Origin: Candidatus Velthaea sp.
Lineage (GTDB): Bacteria; Vulcanimicrobiota; Vulcanimicrobiia; Vulcanimicrobiales; Vulcanimicrobiaceae
DNA length: 63,232 nt
Reading direction: 5' to 3'
Assembly: GCA_050012475.1 (NCBI GenBank)
Contig: JBEKHC010000015.1
Coordinates: 1 to 63,232, forward strand
Under the pieces are notes generated by a model that was not told the origin of the DNA, ran no database searches, and saw only the letters and a list, made by a program, of their open reading frames with translations. The number at the start of each line of letters is the position of its first letter. Within the stretch, counting starts at the first letter, position 1. Both the position numbers and the translations under genes were made by a program. This document shows positions 18,873-26,529 of this stretch, piece by piece.

Positions 18873-20343
18873 GGAGCAGCTCCTCGGCATCCGGAACGAG
18901 CGGCGAGGCGGCGCGGGCGAGTCGCCGGACGATTGCCGCGCGTTCGTCGGGCGGATACAGTTCGAGCACCGCGGTCGCGGTGGCAGCCGGCAACGCCGAG
19001 ATGATCGCTGCGGCGATATGCGGCGGTTCGCCCGCCAGCGCGCCGCGAACCCGGGTGGGCGGAATGCCCGCGACTTCACGCGAGGTCGCCCGGACGTTGG
19101 CCGAATCGATCAGCTTCACCGCGAGCGCATAAGCCGGCCGTGCACCGAACCAGCCCGCAAACGCCAGTGACAGCGCAACGATCGCTTGCGGCACGACGCC
19201 GGCGAAGGCGCCGACGAGCGCCCAAGCCGGCACGAGTGGCCCGCGCACCGAAGCCGGCGTTGCGAAACGCACCGCTTCGACGTGCAAGACGTCGCCGCGC
19301 GTCGGATCGAGCCCCGCGGCCGCTTCTGCCAGCGAGCGGATTTTCGCCAAGTCCAGGCCTTTGGCTTCGTCGACGAAGACGGCAACGGAGCGGCGTCCGG
19401 TGGCGCCCGGCAAAGCGACGAGCGTTTCGTCGTGGGTGTCGCTGCCGCGTTCCTCGACGCTGTTGGCCTTGGTGTACTTCTTGAGGTTCGAGTTGTAGCG
19501 CTCATCGCTGGCCGAGCGCGAAAGCGTGCCGCCCAAGGCGGTGCGGCGCACGTCGTGAACGTCGCGGCGCTCGGCGATCAGGTCGCGGTGTACGCGCACG
19601 ATCGTGACATTCGGCCCGAACGCGGCATCGAGCGCCGACTGCAACGCGGCCGCGATGCCGTCGTCGTCGCCGTCGCCGCCGGCTTCGGCGCCAGAACCGA
19701 GCTCGGGCGCCAGTCCACGGTCGTCGAGCACGGTGACGTGCGCCGCATCGAGACCCGGCACGCCGCCGGCGACGAACGCGCGGATCCCCGCGAGCGTTCG
19801 CGCGTTCATGCGCGCCCCGTTGGCGAGCGTTATCCGCACGCTTGCGGACGCGTCGTGCGAGGCTTCGTCGGCGTACATGCCGGTGCGGGCCGGCGCGATG
19901 ATGACGCGGGCATCGGCGACGCCGTCGAGTCCGCGCAACCCGAGCGCCAGATCGGACGCCAATCCGTCGCGTGTCTGGGCCTCGAGCACCGACTGCGGCG
20001 TCAGTGCGCCGGCGTGCGCAAACAGTTCGGCCGAGGTCGCCAAATGCGCGTGCGGCACGCCCGCGATGGACAGCCGCAGCAGGATGTCGCTGCGTTTGGC
20101 CGGTGCGACGCGGACGTTGTCGGCGCCGGGCGCATACGCCACGTTCCAGGCCGCGAGCCGCGTCTGCACTTCGCCGACCTGGTCGGGACTGAGCGGAGCG
20201 GCGAACAGCGCGATCCGGTCGTCGCGCGTCAGGGCGAAACTCGCCGCCACCAGCCCGACGGCCGCGAGGACGAACGCGCCGTACAAGGCTTTGGTTTTCA
20301 GCGGCGCGGCCAGCACGCGAGCCAACATCGGAGTGACGTTCAT
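18859..20343 (-). CDS. fliF: MS-ring protein FliF fused to a FliG middle-domain-like C-terminus
   Basis: TM1, RBM motifs (L...L.GLDGVADARV.I, ASASV.I.L, VAGGVPGL...HVTVLDDRG), TM2, then L.GEPPHIAAAIISAL....A.AVL..YP..ERA.IV.RLA (similar to the FliG EHPQ domain). Confidence 0.85.
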   Translation of the reverse strand: MNVTPMLARVLAAPLKTKALYGAFVLAAVGLVAASFALTRDDRIALFAAPLSPDQVGEVQTRLAAWNVAYAPGADNVRVAPAKRSDILLRLSIAGVPHAHLATSAELFAHAGALTPQSVLEAQTRDGLASDLALGLRGLDGVADARVIIAPARTGMYADEASHDASASVRITLANGARMNARTLAGIRAFVAGGVPGLDAAHVTVLDDRGLAPELGSGAEAGGDGDDDGIAAALQSALDAAFGPNVTIVRVHRDLIAERRDVHDVRRTALGGTLSRSASDERYNSNLKKYTKANSVEERGSDTHDETLVALPGATGRRSVAVFVDEAKGLDLAKIRSLAEAAAGLDPTRGDVLHVEAVRFATPASVRGPLVPAWALVGAFAGVVPQAIVALSLAFAGWFGARPAYALAVKLIDSANVRATSREVAGIPPTRVRGALAGEPPHIAAAIISALPAATATAVLELYPPDERAAIVRRLARAASPLVPDAEELLRARG

Positions 20344-20346
20344 CGC

Positions 20347-20619
20347 TTAGATCTGCATGCCGAGCAGCGTGTTGAGCGCTTGAGCGGCGCGCTGTGCGCC
20401 GCTCGCCGCAACGGCCAGCGCGATATCAGCCTGGGCCCGGCTGACGACCATCTCTTGCAACCCGCCATGGCCGCGGGCGAACGCCGCTTCCGCGCCGTCG
20501 GCGGTTGCCAGCGCTTGGCCGGCCGCATCGACGAGCCGTTCGAATTGCCTGGCAGCGTCGTTCGATTCGCCGGCCGGCGAGCTTGGGCCGCGATCGGGAA
20601 CGATCGGTTCGATCCGCAT
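20347..20619 (-). CDS. fliE: hook-basal body protein FliE
   Basis: F..LV..A....A....F.RG...LQEMVV...QADIAL...LLGMQI C-terminus. Confidence 0.85.
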   Translation of the reverse strand: MRIEPIVPDRGPSSPAGESNDAARQFERLVDAAGQALATADGAEAAFARGHGGLQEMVVSRAQADIALAVAASGAQRAAQALNTLLGMQI

Positions 20620-20999
20620 CAGCCGCGCCCGACGTCGATGGTGCGTTCGGCCAGCCGCTTCGCGGTATCGAAAATCGAAGCATTTTGTTCGTACGCCCGC
20701 TGCGCGTCGAGGACCGCGATCATCTCGGTGAGCGCATCGCCCGAGCCCGGCTCAGAGCGCACGCCGACCACGGCCGATCCGGCTGCCGATGCGGCGAGAT
20801 CGTCCGGATCCGGATCCATTACCTCGTCGGCCGCCGGGTCCGCGGCCGTTCGGAATTGCGCGACCAGCCGCGCGTAGGGGTGACTCGGGGTCGACGCTTG
20901 AGCGGCCGCGACGTTGCGCGCCGCGATGTCCAGGACCGAGCGCTGCGCGCTCATTGCGGACGCGGCCGAAGCCAGCAGATCCATCTCGCTGAAGGCCAT
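20619..20999 (-). CDS. flgC: basal-body rod protein FlgC (divergent)
   Basis: ASAMSAQR..LDI.A.NVA.A...PY.R; D.LTEMI.VLDAQRAYEQN..IFD.AK.L...TIDVG. Confidence 0.85.
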   Translation of the reverse strand: MAFSEMDLLASAASAMSAQRSVLDIAARNVAAAQASTPSHPYARLVAQFRTAADPAADEVMDPDPDDLAASAAGSAVVGVRSEPGSGDALTEMIAVLDAQRAYEQNASIFDTAKRLAERTIDVGRG

Positions 21000-21000
21000 G

Positions 21001-21192
21001 TTATTTCGCGACCGTGCGGAGTTCGCCCAAACGCGCGTGCACCGCGTTGAGGAGCGCTTCGGTAAAGATTGCGGCCTGGGCGATGCGCGCCATGCGCGGT
21101 TCGTCGACACCGTTGCCGCGCGCCGAGTGAGTAAGCGTCGTTCGGGCTGCCAACGCTGCCGAGCCGGTGGAGTTAACCGTTGCGAGTTCCAT
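21001..21192 (-). CDS. flgB: truncated FlgB-like protein (C-terminal helix only, 63 aa)
   Basis: GGAG RBS; RGNGVD..RMA..A.A.IF..ALL......L..L..V resembles the FlgB C-terminus; lies immediately before flgC. Confidence 0.6.
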   Translation of the reverse strand: MELATVNSTGSAALAARTTLTHSARGNGVDEPRMARIAQAAIFTEALLNAVHARLGELRTVAK

Positions 21193-21372
21193 CGCTCCAC
21201 GGTAGCGGGCGGATATGAGCGGGACGTTACCGCGACGTGAGGAACCACGTTTGGTGCGACACGGTCGAAGCTTTCGACGGCAGCGGCCCCCCTCCACCAC
21301 CGCTGTCGTCGTCTCTCCTTGGTTCCGCGCAGCGCGGCGTGGCGCGCCGACGCCGGTTCGGCCGATCGTCCA

Positions 21373-23106
21373 ATGAGCATGCCGGAAGCGCCGCAGGAAT
21401 CGGTCAAGATTCTTGCGGCGCTCCAGCGGGCGGCCCGGGCGAGCGGCGATACGCGACTGCTCGACGCGGCAACCGCCGTCGAGCGCGCGTACGATGCTTT
21501 GTCGCTCGAAAAGATGTCGCTCGACAGCCGGCTCGCTGCCTCCACGGCGCAGACCGAACGCGAGGTCCAAAAAGCGGCCACGATTGCCCGCGTCGCCGAG
21601 ACGGTCAATTCGTCGCTCGAACTCGACGTCGTGCTGCGCCGCGTCCTGGACATCGCCGTCGACGTGCTCGGCGCGCAACGCGGCTTCGTGATGATCGCGG
21701 ACGAACGCAGCGGAGCGCTCAACCTCGCGGCGATGCACGGACTGGATCGCGCCTCGCTCGATTCCGACGAGATGCGCCCCTCGCACACCGCCGTTCAGCG
21801 CGTGTTCGAATCCGGCGAAACGCTCGTCACGACCGACGCGCAAAGCGATCCCCGCTTCAACGCGCAACTTTCGGTGCGCTTGCTGAACCTGCGTTCGATC
21901 ATCTGCGTGCCGCTCACCAGCAAAGCGCGGCGAATCGGCGTCGTCTATTTGGACTCGCGCGTGACCCCGGGATTGTTCACGCCGCAAGATCCGAGTCTGT
22001 TGCTGGCGTTCGCGAATCAAGCGGCGCTGGCGATCGAGAATGCGCGTTTGTTCAACGATCAACGCGCGCAGCTGCGCGAGATCGTGTGGCTCGAAGAACT
22101 GCAAGCCAAAGTGCTGGCCTCGATCACCAACGGCGTCATTACCGTCGACGCCGGCGGAACGATTACCACGTTCAATGCCGCCGCCGGTGAAACGTTCGGC
22201 ATTCCGGCCGGTTCGATGACCGGACGACCGATCGCGGCGCTCGATGCCCTCGTGCCGCGCTTTTCGACGCTCATCGGGCAGGCCGAACTCTTCAGCAAGC
22301 CGCTCGAAGTCGACGCCATTCATCCCACCCGCGGGAACCTCACGCTCCAGGTCCGTATCGCGCCGCTCGAATTGGGCGAAAACAAAGGGCAAGGCGAACA
22401 AAGCGTCGCCATCGCGATCACCGATCTGACCGAACGCCGCGCGCTCGAGACGATGCACCGCACCGACATCGAACAGCGGCGGGCGATCGGCGCGGCCTTC
22501 TCGCGGTATTTGGCGCCGCACGTCGTGGAATCGCTGATGAAATCGCCGTCGGCCGTCGGCCTCGGCGGCGAACGGCAGATGGCGACGATTTTATTTGCCG
22601 ACATCCGTGATTTCACCAAGATGGCGGCGCGCATGGAAGCCGAGCGGGTCGTCGAGATTCTCAACCACTACTTCGAGGCGGCCGTCGCCGTGCTGTTCGA
22701 GAACGACGGACTGCTCGACAAGTTTTACGGCGACGGGCTGATGGCCGTGTTCGGACCGCCGCGCGTGCGCTCGGACGACGCGGCCCGCGCGCTGCGTTCC
22801 GCCGCGCGCCTGCATGAAGTGGTCCGCGAACTCGAACCGGTCATTCGCGAGCCGCTGCGGATCTCGGTCGGCTTGGCGACGGGCGAAGTGGTTGCCGGTC
22901 ACATCGGCAGCACGCGACGGCTCGACTACACGGTGATCGGCGATGCCGTCAACTTAGCTTCGCGCCTGCAGTCGGCCGCGCCGCCGAGCGCTACCTATTG
23001 CGACGAAACGACGTATCTGCGGTCCGGCTTGCACCTGCGCGGCGAACGCCTGCAGGCCAAGATCAAAGGCCGCGACGACCTCGTCACGGTCTACCGCTTA
23101 ACCTAA
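21373..23106 (+). CDS. class III adenylate cyclase with GAF and PAS domains
   Basis: GAF (LRSIICVPL, FANQAALAIENARL), PAS (SITNGVITVD), ILFADIRDFT, DKFYGDGLMAVFG, YTVIGDAVNLASRL. Confidence 0.93.
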   Translation: MSMPEAPQESVKILAALQRAARASGDTRLLDAATAVERAYDALSLEKMSLDSRLAASTAQTEREVQKAATIARVAETVNSSLELDVVLRRVLDIAVDVLGAQRGFVMIADERSGALNLAAMHGLDRASLDSDEMRPSHTAVQRVFESGETLVTTDAQSDPRFNAQLSVRLLNLRSIICVPLTSKARRIGVVYLDSRVTPGLFTPQDPSLLLAFANQAALAIENARLFNDQRAQLREIVWLEELQAKVLASITNGVITVDAGGTITTFNAAAGETFGIPAGSMTGRPIAALDALVPRFSTLIGQAELFSKPLEVDAIHPTRGNLTLQVRIAPLELGENKGQGEQSVAIAITDLTERRALETMHRTDIEQRRAIGAAFSRYLAPHVVESLMKSPSAVGLGGERQMATILFADIRDFTKMAARMEAERVVEILNHYFEAAVAVLFENDGLLDKFYGDGLMAVFGPPRVRSDDAARALRSAARLHEVVRELEPVIREPLRISVGLATGEVVAGHIGSTRRLDYTVIGDAVNLASRLQSAAPPSATYCDETTYLRSGLHLRGERLQAKIKGRDDLVTVYRLT

Positions 23107-23136
23107 AACGAACACCCGCGCCGCGGGTGTTCGTTT
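23106..23136. terminator. bidirectional intrinsic terminator between the cyclase and rpsI
   Basis: 14-bp perfect stem AAACGAACACCCGC-GCC-GCGGGTGTTCGTTT between convergent genes. Confidence 0.75.
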
Positions 23137-23168
23137 CGACTGCGTCTTGCTTTGTTGGAGCGAAACGC

Positions 23169-23564
23169 TTAGCGCTTCGAGAACTGGAAGCGTTTGCGGG
23201 CCCGCTTGCGGCCGTACTTCTTGGATTCTTTCTCGCGCGGGTCACGCGTGAGCAAGCCGTTGCGGCGCAACGGCTCTCGCAGCGACTCGTCCATCTCGAG
23301 CAGGGCGCGCGCGATGCCGTGGCGGACCGCTCCGGCCTGGCCGGACACGCCGCCGCCTTCGCACTTCACGTCGACGTTGAAACGCGAGAGGCTTTGGGTG
23401 ACGTCGAGCGGCTGACGGACGATCTGGACCCAGCTTGCCCGCGGAAAATAGTCGTCGACGGTCTTCTTGTTGACCGTGATGACGCCTTGACCGAGGGTGA
23501 GCTTGACGCGGGCGACGGCCCGTTTGCGGCGGCCGGTGCCTTGAAAGATATCCGAAGTTTGCAT
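23169..23564 (-). CDS. rpsI: 30S ribosomal protein S9
   Basis: GTGRRK.AVARV, GGG.SGQAGA.RHGIARAL, KKYG.K.ARK.FQFSKR. Confidence 0.99.
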   Translation of the reverse strand: MQTSDIFQGTGRRKRAVARVKLTLGQGVITVNKKTVDDYFPRASWVQIVRQPLDVTQSLSRFNVDVKCEGGGVSGQAGAVRHGIARALLEMDESLREPLRRNGLLTRDPREKESKKYGRKRARKRFQFSKR

Positions 23565-23570
23565 GGGGTC

Positions 23571-23996
23571 CTAATTCAGCGGTGCGGGCTTTTGCGCCGC
23601 GTGGGGGTGAGTTTCGCCCGCATACACCGCGAGCCGGTTGAGCTGCACGTCCCGCATGCGGTTCGTCGGCAGCATCCCGCGGACGGCGCGTTCGATGAGC
23701 CGTTCGGGATAGCGCTCACGAACGTTTTGGGCCGTCTCCGTGCGCAAGCCGCCCGGGAAGCCCGAGTGGCGATAATAGACTTTCTGCTGCCATTTGTCGC
23801 CGCCCAGTTCGACTTTGCCGGCGTTGATGACCACGACATGGTCGCCGTTGTCGATATGCGGCGTCCAGGTCGGTTTCCGCTTCCCGGAGAGCGCCTGCGC
23901 GATCCGAACCGCCAACGTTCCCAGCCGGAGTCCGGCGGCGTCGACGATGTACCAATCGTGCTGCGTCTGAGCGGTCGTTTGAAAGTAGGTGCGCAT
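23571..23996 (-). CDS. rplM: 50S ribosomal protein L13
   Basis: WYIVDA.G..LG.LA, GK.KP.WTPH.D.GD.VVVINA, YYRHSG.PGGL, HPH.AQ.P. Confidence 0.99.
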   Translation of the reverse strand: MRTYFQTTAQTQHDWYIVDAAGLRLGTLAVRIAQALSGKRKPTWTPHIDNGDHVVVINAGKVELGGDKWQQKVYYRHSGFPGGLRTETAQNVRERYPERLIERAVRGMLPTNRMRDVQLNRLAVYAGETHPHAAQKPAPLN

Positions 23997-24121
23997 GGCT
24001 CTATTCACAAGAAAAGCGGACCGGGGCCCGACGGCCTCGGCAACCCTCGAAGTATACGAAGTCGGGGAGCCCGCGTCAAGGCGCATCCCAGCGCCCGCGG
24101 TCCCCGGCGGCGGCGTCCGCT

Positions 24122-24760
24122 TCAGAGAACAAGGGCCTCGAGGGCCGGCCGATCGGCGATGATGAGGCCCTTGAGCCGGCCGCCGACCACGAACCCGCCC
24201 CGAGCGAAGGCAGCGACCGCCTGCGAGCAGGACTCCCGCGAGGTCCCGGCCAGGTGGGCCAAGTCTTCTTGCGAGAGCGGCAAATCGATCTTCGTTCCGG
24301 CCGGAACGGGCAAGCCGAAGTCGTCGGCCAGTTCCAGCAGCGCTCCGGCGACGCGGTTTTCGACCCCCGCTCGGCTGAACGCCTCGAGCTTGGTCTGCAG
24401 CCGCGCGATCCGGCGGCCGACGTTGGCTGCAATTTTGATGTAGAGGGACGGGTCGGCGCCAGCCTGCCGCTCGAAGGCCTCGCGCGGGACGAACAGCATT
24501 TCAGCATCGGCGATCGCCTGAGCGCCGCTCTCGGCCGAGCGTTCGCCGAAAATCGTGCCCGGCGCGAGCACGTCGCCGCGCTGGGCCAAAAACAGCGTCA
24601 CGTCGCGAACGTACGCTGCGCGCCGGAAGACGCGGAACCAAGCGCCGGAAACGATGGCGACCTCGGGAGCGTCGAGTTGGACGACGGCACCGCGGCTGAC
24701 GCGCTCGACGCGGCCCTCGGCGGCGAGCCGCGCGATCTGATCGCCCGTCAGTCCAGACAC
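24122..24760 (-). CDS. Crp/Fnr family transcriptional regulator
   Basis: cNMP-like N-terminal domain and HTH LSQEDLAHLAGTSRES. Confidence 0.9.
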   Translation of the reverse strand: MSGLTGDQIARLAAEGRVERVSRGAVVQLDAPEVAIVSGAWFRVFRRAAYVRDVTLFLAQRGDVLAPGTIFGERSAESGAQAIADAEMLFVPREAFERQAGADPSLYIKIAANVGRRIARLQTKLEAFSRAGVENRVAGALLELADDFGLPVPAGTKIDLPLSQEDLAHLAGTSRESCSQAVAAFARGGFVVGGRLKGLIIADRPALEALVL

Positions 24761-24818
24761 GCGGCTAGGTTTCGCGCTCAGGGGCGCGCGACATTCCGGG
24801 GGCGAACGCGCCGCGTCT

Positions 24819-25187
24819 ATGGAGACGCCGGCGTCGGGGGTATTCGATCTCGCGGAATCCGAAATCGACGCGCTGCCGTTCGGATTGATCGGCGTCGACG
24901 CCGCCGGAACGATCGAACAGTACAATGCGTACGAGTCGCGGCTGTCGCGTCTATCCAAGGACCGCGTGATCGGGCGCAACTTCTTCCGCGACGTCGCGCC
25001 GTGCGCGTCCGTGCAAGAGTTCCAAGGCCGGTTCGAGCGCTTCGTGCAGGAAACCGGCGACGCAGCCGAATCGTTCGATTTCGAGTTTCGCTTCGCGTTC
25101 GGCCGTCAGTTCGTCAACATCACCTTCGTGCGCAGCGCCAAGAATCGGCAGATCAAGATTCTCGTCAACCGCTACGACGCCTCATGA
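24819..25187 (+). CDS. pyp: photoactive yellow protein (PYP)-like PAS protein
   Basis: IDALPFG.I.VD..G.I.QYNA.E...VIGRNFFRDVAPC; Tyr42, Glu46 and Cys69 equivalents present. Confidence 0.85.
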   Translation: METPASGVFDLAESEIDALPFGLIGVDAAGTIEQYNAYESRLSRLSKDRVIGRNFFRDVAPCASVQEFQGRFERFVQETGDAAESFDFEFRFAFGRQFVNITFVRSAKNRQIKILVNRYDAS

Positions 25188-25960
25188 TCGAGACCGGCGA
25201 TCGCCGGCCGGTACGAGTCGAAGTCGGCGTAGCGCACGCCGCACAGATAGAGCGCGCAGGCCGGTGCGGTATAGCCGGCCTGTTTGCGATCGCGCGACGC
25301 GATGATGCGCGGGATGTCGTCGCCGGCGCGCCGGCCGGTGGCGATCTCGATCAACGTTCCGACCGTGATGCGGACCATGCGGTGCAGAAAGCCGTCGCCG
25401 ACGATGCGGATCCGGGCGAGCTCGCCGCGGCGTTCGAGCGACACGGAGAGCAGTGCCCGCACCGTCGGGCCGCTGGCCGGCAAGACGCCGCAGAAGGCGA
25501 GGAAATCGCGTTCGCCGATGAGATCGGCGGCCGCGCGCTCGAAGCGCGCGCGATCGATCGGCTTCCACACGTGGTGGGTGAACCGCCCCGCGGCGGCCGA
25601 CGGCGTTTGCCGGTTGAGTACCAGATATTCGTAGGTCCGCGTCAGCGCGTCGAAACGGGCCGAAAACCCTTCGGTGACGATTGCGGCATCGCGCGCACTG
25701 ATGTCGGGCGGCAGCCGGGCGTTGAGCGCGAGCGCCAGCCGATCGATCGGAAAGGTCCGCCGGGCGCAGAACGACACGACCTGACCCGTCGCGTGAACGC
25801 CGGTATCGGTGCGTCCGGCAGCGGTGAGTTTGATCGGTTCGGCATACAGATCGGACAGCGTCGCTTCGACTTCGCCGCAAACGGTTCGCAAGCCGGGCTG
25901 ATATTGCCAACCGTGAAATGCCGTGCCGTCATACTCGATGACGCAGCGATAGAAGACCAA
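25172..25960 (-). CDS. truA: tRNA pseudouridine(38-40) synthase
   Basis: IEYDGT.FHGWQ.Q, AGRTD.GVHA.GQV, FSARFDA, GFLH.MVR..VGTL. Confidence 0.97.
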   Translation of the reverse strand: MVFYRCVIEYDGTAFHGWQYQPGLRTVCGEVEATLSDLYAEPIKLTAAGRTDTGVHATGQVVSFCARRTFPIDRLALALNARLPPDISARDAAIVTEGFSARFDALTRTYEYLVLNRQTPSAAAGRFTHHVWKPIDRARFERAAADLIGERDFLAFCGVLPASGPTVRALLSVSLERRGELARIRIVGDGFLHRMVRITVGTLIEIATGRRAGDDIPRIIASRDRKQAGYTAPACALYLCGVRYADFDSYRPAIAGLDHEAS

Positions 25961-26047
25961 TGACGTCTGCTCCGTAACCGCCTCGCGTACCCGACGCGGC
26001 CCGCCGGCGACGGACGGCGCCGGAACGCCGGCCAAGCCGACGCGTTC

Positions 26048-26488
26048 TTACGCGGGAACCACGGTCGGGACGGGGCGCTTTTCATCCAAGTCGAGCAGAT
26101 CGGCCCAGGCGATGACGTCGGTTCGTTGCGGCGCGACCTCGCTGCGCAGCTGCAAGAAGTACTTCTCGCTCTCAGAGCCGGGCGCCGGTGACGACTTGAG
26201 CCACTGGGTGTTCCAGGCCGCGATCTCGGCGTCCGATTTCTTGGCGATGAACGGCACGACGTAGTCGCTGATCTCCGCGTCGCTCTTCGCTTTGTCGATC
26301 ACATCGAGCAACGCTTCGTGATCGATGCCTAAAAACGTGAACACGGCGGCATCCATCGGGCAGTTATAGTGATACTCACCGAGATTGCCATGGGCTTTCG
26401 CCTTGCCCTTGTCGATCGTGCGCGCGATTTGAACCAAGCCGTGAAGCTTCGTTTTTACGCTCGTCGGGTAGGTCTTGGTAAGATCCAT
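26048..26488 (-). CDS. DUF5069 domain-containing protein
   Basis: MDL...YP.S....L.G.V...R.IDK..A...G.LGEYHYNCP.D...F.FLGI...DLLDLDE; AAGGAG RBS. Confidence 0.8.
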   Translation of the reverse strand: MDLTKTYPTSVKTKLHGLVQIARTIDKGKAKAHGNLGEYHYNCPMDAAVFTFLGIDHEALLDVIDKAKSDAEISDYVVPFIAKKSDAEIAAWNTQWLKSSPAPGSESEKYFLQLRSEVAPQRTDVIAWADLLDLDEKRPVPTVVPA

Positions 26489-26529
26489 GCTGCTCCTTGT
26501 CAATGCGATAACGGGCATTCGCCCGATCA

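Noticed and set aside
21234..21250. CRP box in the flgB/cyclase intergenic region
   Set aside because: The CGTGA/CCACG half-sites are separated by 4 nt rather than the canonical 6.
25172..25187. 16-bp convergent overlap of the pyp and truA 3' ends
   Set aside because: Short tail-to-tail overlaps are common and not informative.
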